Source: Bacteroidales bacterium (GTDB taxonomy: Bacteria > Bacteroidota > Bacteroidia > Bacteroidales > WCHB1-69). From it: 51,592 nt of DNA. Positions 9,368 through 19,248 of this stretch are shown here, piece after piece. The DNA lies in assembly GCA_012838875.1 (NCBI GenBank), contig DUOL01000037.1, positions 1 through 51,592 of the forward strand, given 5' to 3'. Below the pieces are notes generated by a model. The model was not told the DNA's origin, did not search any database, and saw only the letters and a program-made list of their open reading frames with translations. The first letter of the stretch is position 1. Every line of letters begins with the position of its first letter. A program made the translations under genes and the position numbers.

Positions 9368-10572
9368 AACTTAAGATTATGCCCCATTTTATCCTGTTTT
9401 GTCTTTAGATATTTTTCATTTATCTTATTAGGTTCTATGATGATAGGAACCGTTTCGACAATTTGAATACCGTGCCCAAGCAATCCGGCACGTTTAGTCG
9501 GATTATTAGTGATAAGTCTTATTTTCACTGCCTTAAGTTCACGTAAAATTTGTGCTCCGATACCATAGTCTCGTTCATCGGCACGAAATCCCAGCTCTAT
9601 ATTTGCTTCCACGGTATCGCGTCCTAATTCTTGTAAGTGATAGGCTTTCAATTTATTGATAAGTCCGATTCCTCTACCCTCTTGATTCATATACAAGACT
9701 ATACCTTTTCCTTCTTTTTCGACCATTTGCATAGATTTATGGAGTTGTGAACCGCAATCGCACTTACACGAGCCAAAAATGTCGCCGGTAACACATGAAG
9801 AGTGCACACGTACGAGAACGCTATCTCCTTTTTTCCATTCTCCCTTCGTCAGTGCGAGGTGTGTTTCATTTGTATTTAATTGTGTAAAGGCGGTAAGGTC
9901 AAATTCGCCCCACTCTGTGGGTAACTTAACTGTTTGCTCCTTTTTAATAAGTGTTTCCGTACGAATACGATAAGCTATTAAATCTTGAATTGAGATTAAT
10001 TTAATATTATGTTCTTGAGCAAATTGGTACAATTGAGGCAATCTTGCCATGGTCCCGTCCGGATTAATAATTTCAATCAGCGCACCTACGGGAGAAAGTC
10101 CGCTTAACTTAGCCAAATCGACTGTTGCCTCCGTATGTCCGGCACGCACCAAGACGCCTCCATTTCTGGCACATAAGGGATTAATATGTCCGGGGCGTCC
10201 CAAGTCTTCGGGTTTTGTATTTTTATCGGCGAGGGCGGCAATAGTAGCGGCTCGGTCATGCATTGAAACTCCGGTAGTACAACCGTGTCCTAGAAGGTCT
10301 ACGGTAACTGTGAACGGAGTGCCGTGAAGAGAGGTATTATTGGGAACTTGCATCTCCAATTTCAGTTCATAACAACGTGCCGTTGACATAGGCACGCACA
10401 GGACGCCGCGCCCGTGCGTAAGCATAAAATTAACTTTTTCCGGAGTAATTTTCTCGGCGGCGATTATAAAATCGCCTTCATTTTCACGATCTTCATCATC
10501 AACAACGATAAGGAATTTTCCCTCTTTAAAATCTTCTATCGCCTCCTCAATTGAATTAAATTTAACTCCCAT
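9364..10572 (-). CDS. ribBA: Bifunctional 3,4-dihydroxy-2-butanone-4-phosphate synthase / GTP cyclohydrolase II
   Basis: N-terminal DHBP synthase motifs ([24 protein letters not shown]). C-terminal GCH II motifs ([30 protein letters not shown]). Confidence 0.92.
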   Translation of the reverse strand: MGVKFNSIEEAIEDFKEGKFLIVVDDEDRENEGDFIIAAEKITPEKVNFMLTHGRGVLCVPMSTARCYELKLEMQVPNNTSLHGTPFTVTVDLLGHGCTTGVSMHDRAATIAALADKNTKPEDLGRPGHINPLCARNGGVLVRAGHTEATVDLAKLSGLSPVGALIEIINPDGTMARLPQLYQFAQEHNIKLISIQDLIAYRIRTETLIKKEQTVKLPTEWGEFDLTAFTQLNTNETHLALTKGEWKKGDSVLVRVHSSCVTGDIFGSCKCDCGSQLHKSMQMVEKEGKGIVLYMNQEGRGIGLINKLKAYHLQELGRDTVEANIELGFRADERDYGIGAQILRELKAVKIRLITNNPTKRAGLLGHGIQIVETVPIIIEPNKINEKYLKTKQDKMGHNLKF

Positions 10573-11447
10573 TACTTTATGAAATCTTCTTTAACTCTTA
10601 ATTGTAATTGATACGTATCACCATATTTAGATAAAATTCCTCTAACCGTACAAGGTGTTTCGGGGATTTTCATTCCTCTAAATGTTGCATAATTACTTGT
10701 ACGAACGATTATTTTACTTACGGGGATATCAGGTATTCCTTCAGTACCTGCAATCCATGCAATACGATGTTCTGTCGTAGCGATATCGCCGGATAGCGGT
10801 TTCCCGAAAGAAGCCTCATTAAAAATGCAATTCTGAATCTCTACTAAACGACAAACCATAGGATCGTCAGCCATATCGACGTAAGCTTCAACTATATAAA
10901 TATTATTCCTATCAATTGTATATACAGAAGCATTTTCAACTTTTGGGAGCCCATCTTTAAAGATGTAGTCATCGACAAAATTGGCATTTATTTGTCCCAC
11001 AGCATCTTGGTAAATCCAGCCCATTCTGTAGTAACCTTTGATTTCGCCGCTTATTTTCTTTCCGTACATATCTACACAAAGCCCATTACATTTAATGTAT
11101 ACCACTTGTCCCACTTGATATTCGGGATACATACCCGTTTTATTAATTTCTATTTCAATAGCTCCCGTTGAATCTTGAACGACCAAAGATTTGTAAAAAT
11201 TCCCTCCTTCGTCCGAGCTTACAACAACAGCCCTAACAATAAAATCAGGATCTGATTTCCGGGCAATGGAATCTACATGGGCAGTTCCGGTATTATCGTA
11301 TTGTGCTTTAATATCGGCTATTGTACGGTTAGCTGCCGGTCCGGTATATTTTGGAATTTCAAATTTAGGCTCTTCATACTTTTTATCACAAGCTGAAAAA
11401 GCAACTATTAGCCCTAATAAAAACAAAACAACTATATTTTTTCTCAT
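10572..11447 (-). CDS. Surface lipoprotein with OB-fold-like module (DUF5689-like)
   Basis: Lipobox (VAFSAC). The segment [31 protein letters not shown]...[12 protein letters not shown] is paralogous to the next gene. Its stop overlaps the ribBA ATG by 1 nt. Confidence 0.6.
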   Translation of the reverse strand: MRKNIVVLFLLGLIVAFSACDKKYEEPKFEIPKYTGPAANRTIADIKAQYDNTGTAHVDSIARKSDPDFIVRAVVVSSDEGGNFYKSLVVQDSTGAIEIEINKTGMYPEYQVGQVVYIKCNGLCVDMYGKKISGEIKGYYRMGWIYQDAVGQINANFVDDYIFKDGLPKVENASVYTIDRNNIYIVEAYVDMADDPMVCRLVEIQNCIFNEASFGKPLSGDIATTEHRIAWIAGTEGIPDIPVSKIIVRTSNYATFRGMKIPETPCTVRGILSKYGDTYQLQLRVKEDFIK

Positions 11448-11471
11448 TTTTTTGATTTTTCTATATTATTA

Positions 11472-12728
11472 TTAATATTGTTCAAGTCCTATTATTTTCA
11501 CTGCTCTGACATATACTTTTGCATCAGAACCACTATATCTCAAGGCGACAGCTTTCGCAGAAGTCGGGAGTGTAAGATTAACATAATCCCATACTTCACT
11601 ATTATAAGCCGGTAGAATCATTTCCGTCCAATTATTTATCTGAAATGGGTCATTGGGATTATAATTCACTGTTGAATAGTAAAGAGAAAAGTGCGTATCT
11701 GACAGCGGCAGTATCATTCTTTCCAATTCGATATAGGGGTTTGAACAAGTTGATAAATCCAAATTTGGAGAAATAAGCCAAGAATCACTCTCTTCGTTAT
11801 TTCCTATTATTTGGAATGACTTTTGACTTTTCATTACTGACCATTCAACCCCATTGGCATTTCTTTTAACTTGGCGCCAGCCAAACATCGGTTCTTCAAG
11901 GTGTTCCTCTAAATCGTAAATCGTTTTAGCAATTTTAAAATCAATATCTTTAATTGAACGAAGGACGATTTGATAATCGTTATTAAATTTAGTAAGGATG
12001 CCACGAACCGTACCTTTTCCCGGAGGGGTTAGTGCGAGGGCAATTTGAGGTTTAACGTATTTACTTGTATTAACGACTAATTTCTTTCCGCCAATAGAGA
12101 GAGAAAGTTCACGTGAAGTATAGGCAATAGCGGCATAAGGGTCTACAAAAGGAACTCCGACTACTTTGAAAGAGACATCCGGAATTTCAATATACATATT
12201 CAAATGATCTAATAAATCGGCTTCCGTAGTAGTTGCCGTAATAGTAAACGGAGCAGGTTCTTTTTTCACGAGTCCGTGTCTATAAATATGATTAAACTCT
12301 AATTTGGAAGGGATATCTGCTAATCGGGTGGGATCATCCGGGTTGAGAGTACCTACTTGAGGAAGACCACCATATTGACCAAGTCGTAAACCTTGACATT
12401 TTACAAAAACTTGCTGTCCTATCGGATATCTATTAAAAAGAGATGTATTAGCAATTTTTATTTGTATTCCTCCTGTCTCATCTTGAATAACTAATGTTTT
12501 ATAAAAATTCCCTTGCTCATCGCTACTAACTACGATTCCTGTAATAGTACTATCCGGAAGCTGTCCCTCGCCATACTCCAACAGTTCACGAATAGTCCAA
12601 TTTGCCTCTCCGTCATAGGTTATATAAGGAGCTATTGCCACCTCTTTATCACAAGAAAAAAGAAATAGAGACAATATGGCAAAAAGTATTAAATTTTTAA
12701 TATTTCTCGTTATTTTATTCATGGTCAT
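11472..12728 (-). CDS. Surface lipoprotein, OB-fold-like module plus C-terminal choice-of-anchor-J-like domain
   Basis: Lipobox (LFLFSC). The segment ITGIVVSSDEQGNFYKTLVIQDETGGIQIKI...IGQQVFVKCQGL is paralogous to 10572-11447. The C-terminal part (DSWLISPNLDL...) resembles surface-anchor/MAM-like domains. Confidence 0.6.
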   Translation of the reverse strand: MTMNKITRNIKNLILFAILSLFLFSCDKEVAIAPYITYDGEANWTIRELLEYGEGQLPDSTITGIVVSSDEQGNFYKTLVIQDETGGIQIKIANTSLFNRYPIGQQVFVKCQGLRLGQYGGLPQVGTLNPDDPTRLADIPSKLEFNHIYRHGLVKKEPAPFTITATTTEADLLDHLNMYIEIPDVSFKVVGVPFVDPYAAIAYTSRELSLSIGGKKLVVNTSKYVKPQIALALTPPGKGTVRGILTKFNNDYQIVLRSIKDIDFKIAKTIYDLEEHLEEPMFGWRQVKRNANGVEWSVMKSQKSFQIIGNNEESDSWLISPNLDLSTCSNPYIELERMILPLSDTHFSLYYSTVNYNPNDPFQINNWTEMILPAYNSEVWDYVNLTLPTSAKAVALRYSGSDAKVYVRAVKIIGLEQY

Positions 12729-12771
12729 TAATATTTATGTATCATTATTTAATTAAAAGAGTTAGTGCTAA

Positions 12772-15270
12772 CTAAAAAGTTATATTAAATCCTGCATAAA
12801 AAGTTGTACCGAAGGCATAATAATATTTTATAGGATATTTGTTAACATCGTTCTTTTTATAATCAAAACGATACTGTTCCCATGCCGTAGTTACTAAATT
12901 CTTATTATTCAAAATATTTGTAGCACTTAAATTGAATCCTATGATATATTTTTTAACTCTCCAAGATTTACTAAGCGAAGCATCGACCGTAAATTGTCTT
13001 TTTAAGCGTGTTTGGTCAATAATACTATGAAACAGTTCCGAATTTTCGTCCAGTGTACCTCTGGCAGCTGTTGTTCGTCTTTCCGGGTTCATATCTGCAT
13101 ACATTCTATCGAAATAGTTCACATTAATCCCTGCCCACCAATAATCATAGTTATATTTTATACCGACACTTCCTGCAACTTGTGGTCCGGCAGCAACATG
13201 ATAATTTTTAAAATAGACAGTATGCGAAGCCGATATCTCATCACCGATAAGCATAGCGTAACCATTATCTGCAATGATTGTTACTTCCGGATTATTAGTA
13301 TATGTATAATCTCCGATATTAGCCGCTCCTACCAACGAAAATCTATTTCCTAATTTCAAATCAAAACCGAGTTCGATACCCATATAACGTTGGTCGATAC
13401 CTGTCATTGAATAATTTACTAAAGCTCCATACTCGTCGTGATAAAAAGTGGTCAACTTGGAAATATCGTAAAATTGCGTATAATATCCTGTCAATCGCAT
13501 TTTAAAGATAGGATAGGTTACCAAGTAAGAAAAGTCAGCAGAAAAATATTTTTCATTATTCAAATTATCAACGTATTTATTGTGCGTTCTAGGAGATAGA
13601 AAGACATTATTAATTGTAGGTGCTGCACTAATCGCCGAACCATTCAAGATTAAATAATTTCTTCCGTTAATTTTGTAAGTAAGACCTGCCTTTACGCCGA
13701 AATTAAGAAAACTTTTTATTTCCGAATTTCCTTTAGAGTTATCCGGGAAAAGACCATTTCTCATTAGCCCTTCACGCCAATATTGTGATGAACCTACGTC
13801 AGCACCGAGGTGGAAGTCAATAAACGGGAAAGAAAATTTTGCTATTGCCCAAACTTTTTCATTGAAAATATTGAATCTATAGTCATAACCGTATTTATCT
13901 CCGACCTTTAAAACGCTATCTTTATTATCTAAGTCATTATAAAGCACATCAGGATTTTCCGGTGAATCTCCTTCTGCATATTTATTATAATCCGTCCAAA
14001 ATAAGCCTCCTAACATATCGGAAATTTGTTGATAATTACGTTGACTATAGCCTCTAACATCGAGACCGGCACTCAGTTTAAGGTAAGGAGCGAGTTGAGC
14101 AACAATATGAGATGCCCCTGCTAATTGAAAATGGTCACTCACATAATCTTTTAAAATATACTGAGCTCTTTTATTAATAGCCGCATTATATTGGTTAATT
14201 TCATACATATTATCCCAATCAATTTGTCGAACATTAATATTGTTTTTCCATTCTTCTTCTATCATTGCTCTCATGAGAGGATCTTCTTGATAACTTGGCA
14301 GGTAGCGATAATAATCGGGACGTGGATCCGAAACGGAGTACCAATCAAGCGAACCGCTTTTCGCTTTTCCAAATGTAGAACCGAGCGTTGAAGTAATTTG
14401 ATAATTTTTATTTTCCGGTTTAAAGAAATGAGTTAACAAAATAACCGGTTCATGAGTTTTCTTAACTTTTGCCGCTCTGGGCTTCCCGCTTTGTAATCCC
14501 CAATTAGGATTATAATAATGCGTCCCCAATAATTGATATATTTCATTTACGGCATTTCCCTGCGTTGCTCTATCGGTATAAGCACCAAACACCGTTAAAC
14601 CCAATGAATGAGCAGCATTGAACTTCTTTTCCGCTGATAAAAAATAACTCAATCCATTATAATAGGTGCCGTCAACATAAGAGAGAGCATTGCCAAAACG
14701 TGTTGACAGCGATGCGGTAAAAGCCCAATTATTTTTCATCAATCCGGTTGAGCCGGTAACCATTAAACGATTATTATAACTTCTGTTTGAGAGTGAATAA
14801 GTAGCTCGAATTTGTTGACGGTAGGTAGATGCTCGCAGCGTATAGTTTGCTGTCCCTCCGATACTTCCGAAAGTAAAAGTTGCCGGATTATTATTTAAAA
14901 CATTATCCGGATAACGAATAACGTGATTAAGTCCGCCCCATTGAGAATACGAAGCACGTCCGGTAATCGGATTCGTTAACATTAGACCGTTCATGCAAAT
15001 TGTTTGATATTTTGAATCCAACCCGCGAGAACGGAACCAGGCAATGCTTAGGTTATATCCCGTATTGGCAACAAAAACATCAGCCGATGAATGAAGTAAA
15101 CCCGGTATGTAGGCTGCCCCTCCCGTCTCCTCATCAAAAAAACCTTCATTAAAATCATCGCTGGACAACAGCTCTAATTCATTCTGTAGAGCAGTGCTAT
15201 CCGGTTTTTGTGAAAAAACTAAACTTAAAGAAGCAGAAAATAATAAAATCAATATTAGTTCTTTTTTCAT
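12772..15270 (-). CDS. TonB-dependent receptor-like outer-membrane beta-barrel
   Basis: Signal peptide, plug-like region (WFRSRGLDSKYQTICMNGLMLTNPITG), an aromatic-rich beta-strand pattern and a terminal F (FNITF). Confidence 0.7.
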   Translation of the reverse strand: MKKELILILLFSASLSLVFSQKPDSTALQNELELLSSDDFNEGFFDEETGGAAYIPGLLHSSADVFVANTGYNLSIAWFRSRGLDSKYQTICMNGLMLTNPITGRASYSQWGGLNHVIRYPDNVLNNNPATFTFGSIGGTANYTLRASTYRQQIRATYSLSNRSYNNRLMVTGSTGLMKNNWAFTASLSTRFGNALSYVDGTYYNGLSYFLSAEKKFNAAHSLGLTVFGAYTDRATQGNAVNEIYQLLGTHYYNPNWGLQSGKPRAAKVKKTHEPVILLTHFFKPENKNYQITSTLGSTFGKAKSGSLDWYSVSDPRPDYYRYLPSYQEDPLMRAMIEEEWKNNINVRQIDWDNMYEINQYNAAINKRAQYILKDYVSDHFQLAGASHIVAQLAPYLKLSAGLDVRGYSQRNYQQISDMLGGLFWTDYNKYAEGDSPENPDVLYNDLDNKDSVLKVGDKYGYDYRFNIFNEKVWAIAKFSFPFIDFHLGADVGSSQYWREGLMRNGLFPDNSKGNSEIKSFLNFGVKAGLTYKINGRNYLILNGSAISAAPTINNVFLSPRTHNKYVDNLNNEKYFSADFSYLVTYPIFKMRLTGYYTQFYDISKLTTFYHDEYGALVNYSMTGIDQRYMGIELGFDLKLGNRFSLVGAANIGDYTYTNNPEVTIIADNGYAMLIGDEISASHTVYFKNYHVAAGPQVAGSVGIKYNYDYWWAGINVNYFDRMYADMNPERRTTAARGTLDENSELFHSIIDQTRLKRQFTVDASLSKSWRVKKYIIGFNLSATNILNNKNLVTTAWEQYRFDYKKNDVNKYPIKYYYAFGTTFYAGFNITF

Positions 15271-15303
15271 TACAAGATATTTTTATTCATAAAATTAATG
15301 TTG

Positions 15304-15311
15304 CAAAAGTA
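15304..15311 (-). promoter_or_regulatory. Bacteroidota -7 promoter box (TACTTTTG on minus strand)
   Basis: Matches TAnnTTTG 34 nt upstream of the ATG at 15270. It is the likely promoter of the barrel, lipoprotein, lipoprotein, ribBA operon. Confidence 0.4.
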
Positions 15312-15388
15312 ATAAAAATAACAGTTATCACAATTTTTCAAGCCCTATTTTTATAATTTTCTGTTGCAAAAGAAGTTATAATTTTTAT

Positions 15389-15396
15389 TATTTTTG
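15389..15396 (+). promoter_or_regulatory. Bacteroidota -7 promoter box (TATTTTTG)
   Basis: Matches TAnnTTTG 16 nt upstream of the ATG at 15412, implying a very short leader. Confidence 0.3.
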
Positions 15397-15411
15397 CATA
15401 AAATATACATT

Positions 15412-16284
15412 ATGAGTAATTTAAAGACTATTGTTGCTATTGCTTACGACTTTGACGGCACGTTAGCTCCGGGCTACATGCAAGAGTATGATTTTATTCC
15501 AAATATTAAGATTGCCAATGAAGATTTTTGGGATAAATCGGATAAACAAGCAGCCAAACATGACATGGACGGCGTGCTTTCATACATGCTGTTAATGCTT
15601 AAGAAAGCAAAAGAGAACAACATTTCGATAAAAGAGGAGAATTTTATTAATTACGGTAAAAGCATACAATTTTTTGAGGGTGTTGAAGGTTTTTTTGACA
15701 GAATCAACAAATACGCCGCCACAAAAAACATCTTATTAGAGCACCATATCATCTCCTCGGGGTTAAGAGAATTTGTTAAAGGAACAACTATCGCAAAACA
15801 TTTCAAAAACATCTTTGCATCGGGTTTTACTTACGATGAGCAGGGAGCTGCCTGTTGGCCTGCGCTGGTCGTTAACTACACAAATAAGACTCAATTTCTT
15901 TTTAGAATCAACAAGGGCATTAACAATGCGTATGACAACTCTCTGATTAACAAGAGAATACCTGAAGAGCAAAAGGTTGTACCTTTTGAAAATATTATTT
16001 ACATTGGAGACGGAGAAACTGATGTCCCTGCCATGAAGATGGTCAAGTTGCAAGGTGGAACGGCTATTGCCGTGTACAATCCGCATGTAAAAAAATCCAA
16101 AAATGGAGAATTGACTCCTCGCGAAGTCTGCAAAGGATTGATTGAAAATGATAGAGCCGATTATCTAGCGCCTGCAAATTACTCTGAGAATCAAGAACTT
16201 GACATTATTCTTAAGAAAATCATTGATAAAATCAGTTCTGAAATTGAATTGCAAGAGCTGAAAGAGGCAATTATGAAGAGGTAG
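15412..16284 (+). CDS. HAD-superfamily hydrolase
   Basis: Motif I is DFDGT (AIAYDFDGTLAP) and motif IV is GDGETD (IYIGDGETDVPAM). The ATG at 15412 is preferred over the TTG at 15394, which overlaps the promoter box. Confidence 0.7.
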   Translation: MSNLKTIVAIAYDFDGTLAPGYMQEYDFIPNIKIANEDFWDKSDKQAAKHDMDGVLSYMLLMLKKAKENNISIKEENFINYGKSIQFFEGVEGFFDRINKYAATKNILLEHHIISSGLREFVKGTTIAKHFKNIFASGFTYDEQGAACWPALVVNYTNKTQFLFRINKGINNAYDNSLINKRIPEEQKVVPFENIIYIGDGETDVPAMKMVKLQGGTAIAVYNPHVKKSKNGELTPREVCKGLIENDRADYLAPANYSENQELDIILKKIIDKISSEIELQELKEAIMKR

Positions 16285-16296
16285 AAGTTTTCGGTT

Positions 16297-16460
16297 GCGT
16301 GAGGCGCTTAGGTGGAAAGCCCGCAAGGGCGGAAGCCGCTGGGGACGCGGCGGCAAAAAAGCGAGCTTGTAAGCTCTTTTTGCCGCTTTGCGTCCCCACG
16401 GCTTGTGCCCGCGGACTTGTAACCGGGCGCCGACCCCGAGCGAAGCGAGGGGGCACGCCC
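16297..16460 (+). repeat. GC-rich structured repeat, copy A (full length, forward)
   Basis: 164 bp running from GCGTGAGGCG to GAGGGGGCACGCCC. It aligns block by block with 32379-32542 and with the reverse complement of 32048-32208. It lies between convergent genes. Confidence 0.85.
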
Positions 16461-16579
16461 TAATTATAAATATGATTATTATAAATTTAAAAATTAGGCT
16501 AAATATCTTGTTGTGTGCCTTAGAATTAATAATAAAATGCCTTTGTGTCTTCGTTAAGAGAGAGAGTCTTTTAATTCCT

Positions 16580-17803
16580 TTAATCGTGTGACGGTTTATT
16601 AGTATCAGCAACGGCTTCGTAGAAACTCTCGATTTTTTTGGTAATGACCTCATTATTATGCTTTAACATAACAAAATTGCGGGCATTTTCTCCGATAATT
16701 TTGCAAATATCGGGAGTATTGAGGCATTGTTGAAGAGCAGCTATAAATTCTTCGGCGTTAGAAGCTATGAAAATATTCTTTCCGTGTTCGATTTCAAGTC
16801 CTTCTGCACCAATCGGAGTAGTAATAATAGTTTTCCCAAGCGCCATTCCCTCAATTATTTTCACTCTAATCCCGCTCCCTGCCAAAATAGGAACAATCAT
16901 AATGTCATGCGATAACATAAATTCATTCACGTTCTCTATTTCACCAACAACATTAACGTTAGGATAGCCTTTGTCAGCAATAGATTGAGGGATATGCCTT
17001 CCGGCAATAGTGAATGTTAAATTAGGGAAATGTTCGACTATTTCATACCAAATTTCATCTAAAAACCACTGAATACCTTCAAGATTGGGTTGCCAATCGA
17101 GGCTGCCGAGATGAAAAAGCGAGGGATTATCCGATGGGATATAATCTTCAGGTTTATAATTTTGTAAATCAACGCCGAAAGGAATGGTGGTCGCCGGTAT
17201 ATCAGGGAATTTACTGTGAAAATATTCAAAATCGTGCGAAGAAATCGGCATATAACCATGGATATGGTTAAACGTGGATAATTCGACCTTTTTAAGTTTC
17301 TTGGTCAACGAGGTAAAGATTAACTTTTTAAATATGGAAGATTGCTGAGCGGTACGTCTTTGCCATATTTTATGCTCGATATTGTGTGTTCGCAATATGA
17401 TTTTTGCTTTACTATGACGTTTAATAATAGGAATGTAAGGAGTTACAAAAATAGATTCCAATTGTACTATATCGAAAGTCTCTTTTGAAAAAATCTCAAC
17501 CAGTTTTTTTTCCAATTCTTTAGAATAGAAGCGACTTATATAATACGAGCGGTTGAATAGCATCGTTTTAAAAATCTTAAAAAGATTTGTTCCCGTATTA
17601 ATAAAAACAGTTTCAAATTTAGTTTTTTTATAATAATCGGCATCTAAATCTTTACTATTTACAGGATGTTTTGGTGTTGAAATAGCTACAACTTTAACTT
17701 GATGGTTCTGCTGTAAAAGTCCTTGCGTAATGTTATTCATTGCGATGCACCCTCCATCTTTCGGGGGCAAGGGCGGTTTATGGCAAAGTTGTAAAATTTT
17801 CAT
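16580..17803 (-). CDS. Glycosyltransferase, family 4 (GT-B, Glycos_transf_1)
   Basis: The C-terminal half carries the typical EGMALGKTIITTPIGAEGL motif. Length and layout fit GT4. Confidence 0.8.
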   Translation of the reverse strand: MKILQLCHKPPLPPKDGGCIAMNNITQGLLQQNHQVKVVAISTPKHPVNSKDLDADYYKKTKFETVFINTGTNLFKIFKTMLFNRSYYISRFYSKELEKKLVEIFSKETFDIVQLESIFVTPYIPIIKRHSKAKIILRTHNIEHKIWQRRTAQQSSIFKKLIFTSLTKKLKKVELSTFNHIHGYMPISSHDFEYFHSKFPDIPATTIPFGVDLQNYKPEDYIPSDNPSLFHLGSLDWQPNLEGIQWFLDEIWYEIVEHFPNLTFTIAGRHIPQSIADKGYPNVNVVGEIENVNEFMLSHDIMIVPILAGSGIRVKIIEGMALGKTIITTPIGAEGLEIEHGKNIFIASNAEEFIAALQQCLNTPDICKIIGENARNFVMLKHNNEVITKKIESFYEAVADTNKPSHD

Positions 17804-17805
17804 AA

Positions 17806-19236
17806 TTATGTCTCTTTTTTATTTAAAAAAAACAATTTTCTAAACCATTTTTCGTATACTTCGACTGAGAACACGGCAGAATCGGCAGTAGCCTTGTAAG
17901 TTAGGAAAACACAAATCGGAAATAGAACGAACGTGGAGAGCCACATTCCGAAAAAGACCGGAACGCCGTCTACTTTGGCGATATTTTCTCCGATTAGTGA
18001 TAAGGCAAAATGAAGCGTAAAGAAAAAGACGGTAATTACCAATGGAATACCAATTCCTCCTTTACGTATAATAGCTCCTAACGATGCTCCTATAAAAAAG
18101 AAAAGAAAACATGAGAGAGATAAGGTAAATTTCCGATGTAATTCTATTAAATTTCGTTTTAAAGATTCATTTTGTGCTTCTATTCTTTCGTGCTGAAAAA
18201 GGAGAGAGGATGAGCCTAAATCGGCGTATTGGACGGCGTAATCGAGTACCTGTTTTTGTTTTGTTATTGACGACTCTTTCGTAATCGGGATAAAATTCTC
18301 ATTTCGCTCACTTTGTATTGTATCTTTTAAAATATAGTTATTATAAAAATGCAAGTTCCTTAAAAAATCATTCGGGAGTTCTTGTTTAAGCTGAACTATT
18401 TCACCTCTTATCGTATCATTTTGTTTTGATAGTTCGCCCACTGTAGGCAGCAGTCTATCTTGAAAGAAAGAGGCATCTGTTGTTTGTTGAAATTGGAAAG
18501 TGGAAAGGTCAAATTTTTTATACTGCTTTTTAAATTTCGCTCGTGTTAGAGGATTTTTATTGTATTGTGTATTATCATTTATACTTTCGTCCCAGAAATA
18601 ACCATCGTATAATGTTAATAAGAAAAACTGGTCGTCCGGCGTTATTTTCATCGTTCCGCTTTTAGCGTATGTGATAGTGGTATTTCCTTGTCTTCTGGAA
18701 TGGTCATAGATGAGGATATCCGATATTTTTTCGCCATTTTTCTCTTTTTTCCCAATTCTGATAATGTAATTGGGTAGCCCGTCGTAAAAAACTCCTTCGT
18801 CTATTTTAAAGACCTGTTTTAACGTTTTGATATCATAGTAGCGACACGAAGCTTTGGTATTGGCTATAGGGGCTACGTTATTAGCGAACCAAAAGGAAAA
18901 GATGCCAATAAGTAGAGAGAAAACGGCAATCGGCATCATAATTTTCACTAATGGAATGCCGGACGATTTCATCGCTACTAACTCATATTTTTCTCCTAAG
19001 CTCCCGAAAGTCATCAACGAGGCTAACAGAACCGCTAACGGCATCGCCATTGATACGAAAGATGCCGAAGCATAAAATATAAACTCAAGAATGACATGTA
19101 TTTCAAGACCTTTTCCTACAACATCATCAACATATTTCCACAAAAATTGCATTAAGAGGATAAAAATTGCAAGGAAAAAAGTAAGAATAAAAGGACCTAT
19201 AAATCTTTTTATTAAATACTGATATATAATTTTCAC
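17806..19236 (-). CDS. LptF/LptG-family (YjgP/YjgQ) permease
   Basis: N-terminal IIYQYLIKRFIGPFILTFFLAIFILLM, three N-terminal TM helices, a large loop and three C-terminal TM helices. Confidence 0.7.
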   Translation of the reverse strand: MKIIYQYLIKRFIGPFILTFFLAIFILLMQFLWKYVDDVVGKGLEIHVILEFIFYASASFVSMAMPLAVLLASLMTFGSLGEKYELVAMKSSGIPLVKIMMPIAVFSLLIGIFSFWFANNVAPIANTKASCRYYDIKTLKQVFKIDEGVFYDGLPNYIIRIGKKEKNGEKISDILIYDHSRRQGNTTITYAKSGTMKITPDDQFFLLTLYDGYFWDESINDNTQYNKNPLTRAKFKKQYKKFDLSTFQFQQTTDASFFQDRLLPTVGELSKQNDTIRGEIVQLKQELPNDFLRNLHFYNNYILKDTIQSERNENFIPITKESSITKQKQVLDYAVQYADLGSSSLLFQHERIEAQNESLKRNLIELHRKFTLSLSCFLFFFIGASLGAIIRKGGIGIPLVITVFFFTLHFALSLIGENIAKVDGVPVFFGMWLSTFVLFPICVFLTYKATADSAVFSVEVYEKWFRKLFFLNKKET

Positions 19237-19248
19237 GTTCCGAAAATT

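Noticed and set aside
10049-10327. Antisense or off-frame ORFs inside large CDS, for example 10049-10327, 13012-13353, 15763-16086, 24784-25044, 28725-28988, 45820-46179 and 48562-48810.
   Set aside because: Each is fully embedded in a longer ORF that has recognisable motifs. They have no start context of their own, and ORFs of this size are expected by chance.
15271-15411. A possible FMN riboswitch controlling ribBA.
   Set aside because: ribBA has no leader because its start overlaps the upstream stop. The only upstream non-coding region is AT-rich and shows none of the GC-rich conserved FMN-element helices.
16165-16653. ORFs that read through the GC-rich repeats: 16271-16456, 16165-16653, 16388-16591, 32052-32249, 32317-32778, 32342-32527 and 32410-32607. 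Several begin with a shared peptide, (M/V)PPR(F/Y)ARGR.
   Set aside because: The shared peptide is only the translation of the conserved terminal hairpin. Beyond it, copies A and C differ by 1-nt indels that shift the frame. The substitutions are the paired, compensatory type expected for stems. The ORFs also have Arg/Ala/Pro-rich composition typical of GC-rich non-coding sequence in an AT-rich genome. I treat them as non-coding.
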